DNA of 64,000 bases, from contig OZ316894.1 of assembly GCA_973895155.1 (NCBI GenBank), positions 6,058,368 through 6,122,367 of the forward strand, given 5' to 3'. Positions 61,801-64,000 of the stretch are shown here, one piece after another. How positions within the stretch are numbered: the first letter of the stretch is position 1; the number at the start of each line of letters is the position of its first letter. The notes beneath the pieces are model-generated. The model was not told where the DNA came from and did no database searches. It saw only the letters and a list, made by a program, of their open reading frames with translations. Origin of the DNA: Marsupella aquatica. Taxonomy: Eukaryota; Plantae; Marchantiophyta. A program made the position numbers and the translations under genes.

Positions 61801-63731
61801 TCGTCAAATAAGTCAGCTTGTTGTCATGACAATCATTGCTATCAACCCTTTGCTAGTCCACAACTATGAGGCCTATTTACCAGACGACGAATCTGGCCGT
61901 GCTTGCTTCGAACTCCTGGGAATGGACGTTCTCCTTGACGAGAAGTGCAAACCCTGGCTTCTGGAGGTGATGATAGTGTCATTCTTGTGTGTTTTTATCG
62001 GCTTCACAGCTTGTCAGACATTATGGTAACTGTTTCAAAGCTTTTGACTGAGCTCCTCATTATTACTGACTAAGGTGACATCTTGCTGTTATAGGCCAGG
62101 GTCTGATGTACTTGTTGGTCTCGGACTGTTGGTGCTTGTAGGTGAACCACTCACCTTCATTCTCAATAGATACGCCCTTGGATTTAACTGTTAAGGAGGC
62201 ACTTCTCACGGATACGTTAAGGTTAGTTCATATGGATCCATCTGGGATTATGAAACTGAGGATGCAAGAGAAGAAAGGTGCCCTATCACGTCTATATGGT
62301 AGAGGTCAGGTTGGGGGGGAGAGCTTGGCAAACCAGACCTCAGTGATGAGGTGTGTTAGAAAAGAGGACCCCTTTGATGAATTTGAAAAGGGAAACCGAG
62401 GGAAGTACGACCGCATCTATCCTTCAGAGGACAAAAACTTGAATGAGCTTTACAGAATATTTCTGGCAGGGGCTGAAGCTGCATTCAAGCATTCCTTCCA
62501 CATGAGGATCAAGGACACCATTGTTCGAGTTAGGGAGGAAAGAAGACAAGAGGAGCAGGCGAAGGAGGCTGAAGAGAAGAGGAAGGTGAAGGCTCGTTTT
62601 GAGATGAGGAGAAAGGCTCAGAGAAGTGCACGCTTGGCTGCTCTTGCCGCTCGGGCCAGGTTAGTTGAGAAGTTGACAGCTAGGATGCAGGAAGAAGTGC
62701 AATCACTCGTCCCTGCTCGTGGAACGTGTGAACCAGTAACAACAATCCTCCATGAAAAATCGAATGTCTCAGCCCCCGTACATATCCAGCTGGTAGCCCA
62801 TCCTCCGACCGTTGCAATACAAACAGTTGCTCGACCACAATTGACAGAAACCAATAGCACTCACAAGAGCCTAAAGGTCAGTGATGATTTTTATGGTGTT
62901 ATGAAGCATTGGCGATACAGACCGGAGTCACGGTCATGTTTTCCTGTTACTGCAAATTTGGCGGCTGCAAATAGATTATCTCAGACGGCGGCGGATGCAC
63001 TGAACTCTCCCAGGCTATCCCCTAAACCCAAAGCTGTGTGCTCCTACCAGAACCCTGTTGCTACTTCTGATGGTGAGTTGCGGAATGCTTTTTTCACAAA
63101 ACCGTCGAAAGACGTCAATGCTAGAGAGCTCGTTTCGAGGTCCAACTTGCTGAAAGACCATTACGATAAAATGAAACCACCAGCTGCAATTACTGGACCA
63201 ATTCAACCTGTGAGACTCAAAGAGAGAAGCGATGCTTCTTCATATGCTCTGTTCCAACAGTATCAACGAAAGCTACCTGCTCTGACTCCAAATGGGAGTT
63301 TCAGCTTACGGACTACCACCCTTTCTGTTCCTTCCACTGCATTTTGTCCACTTGGATCCAAGTATTATCTGAGGTCTATGCCAGACTTTGCTACGGAGCA
63401 ACAAGCTCGAGCTACGGCCAGGCCCCAGCCAGTTCCAACGATAGCTGACATCATGAGGGCACAATTTGGACTGCCCAAGATTGGTGACCATGCGAAATGG
63501 AAACCTTCATCGAATGAGATTTCTCTGAAGCGACGAACGATGAGTGCTGACAAAAGTAGTTTGCACATGAGAGCAAGAGCGTTGTTCGGCCAGCCAATCG
63601 CCCACTCAGCACTGGGAAAACTTGCTTTCCCATACAGCAGTGAACCTAAGAAGGTGGAGAAGCGGAAAAAGGCCTCTGCTCACAGCCTTAATAGCTTGTT
63701 CCGCGAACGGAAAGCAGTCTCCCACTACTAA
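58891..63731 (+). CDS. Tubulin-tyrosine-ligase-like polyglutamylase (TTLL6/TTLL13 type) with a long low-complexity C-terminal extension
   Basis: Exons 58891-59053, 59358-59481, 60339-60468, 60935-61119, 61582-61966, 62142-63731(TAA). Motifs QKINHFFGMLQICRKKSL, FILKPDNGCQGRG, QKYLANPMLINGYKFDLRIYVL, EGLVRFCT, MHLTNYAVNK, CFELLGMDVLLD, PWLLEVNHSPSF. Confidence 0.93.
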
Positions 63732-64000
63732 TCGAACTCATGCGCAGCTTGTGTCTCTGTTGCTGGCTAAAAATTGTTTTGTGTTCGTCAAATTTCTCTC
63801 GTCAACTTCATTTCAATTTGTTCTGTAGAGGTTGGCATCCAGTCAAGTAATCCCAGACCAGCGTATTCTGAAGGAGATGCAATTCTTGGCCCAAATTTAG
63901 ATTTGACGGACAGTACGATTTTAAAACTCTCAGCTTAAGATTGTCTCTGTTTTGTCCCGTTTTCTATAACGGAGAGAGGCCACACGCAACGCATGTACAC

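Noticed and set aside
1-64000. tRNA/rRNA genes and most 60-130 aa ORFs in the track
   Set aside because: No tRNA or rRNA signatures were seen. The short ORFs are antisense or alternative frames of real exons, TE fragments or chance ORFs.

Overview
Eukaryotic nuclear DNA from a land plant, probably a flagellated-sperm lineage such as a bryophyte; this is inferred from a TTLL6/13-type polyglutamylase and plant-type spliced genes. Conserved + strand genes: the 3' part of a calcineurin-like metallophosphoesterase, GPI8/PIG-K transamidase, an intronless SMP-C2 (NTMC2T5-like) gene, a small basic Alb1/C11orf98-like gene and a TTLL6/13-like gene. The accessory middle (about 21-57 kb) holds an intronless clavaminate-synthase-like Fe(II)/2OG oxygenase with a plastid-transit-like N-terminus, a candidate horizontally acquired gene, next to a convergent orphan ORF. 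That block is duplicated at 44.0-55.9 kb, where it is pseudogenised and interrupted by nested elements, and the intact first copy serves as the empty site. The insertions are a MITE containing a 3.66-kb TG...CA solo-LTR-like unit with an intact 610-aa ORF, and a Helitron containing a Copia element that lacks RT and is bounded by INVERTED LTR copies. A sister TG...CA unit with a different middle sits at the duplication breakpoint. All calls come from reading the sequence and recognising motifs; no database search was run, and identities and boundaries are by eye.
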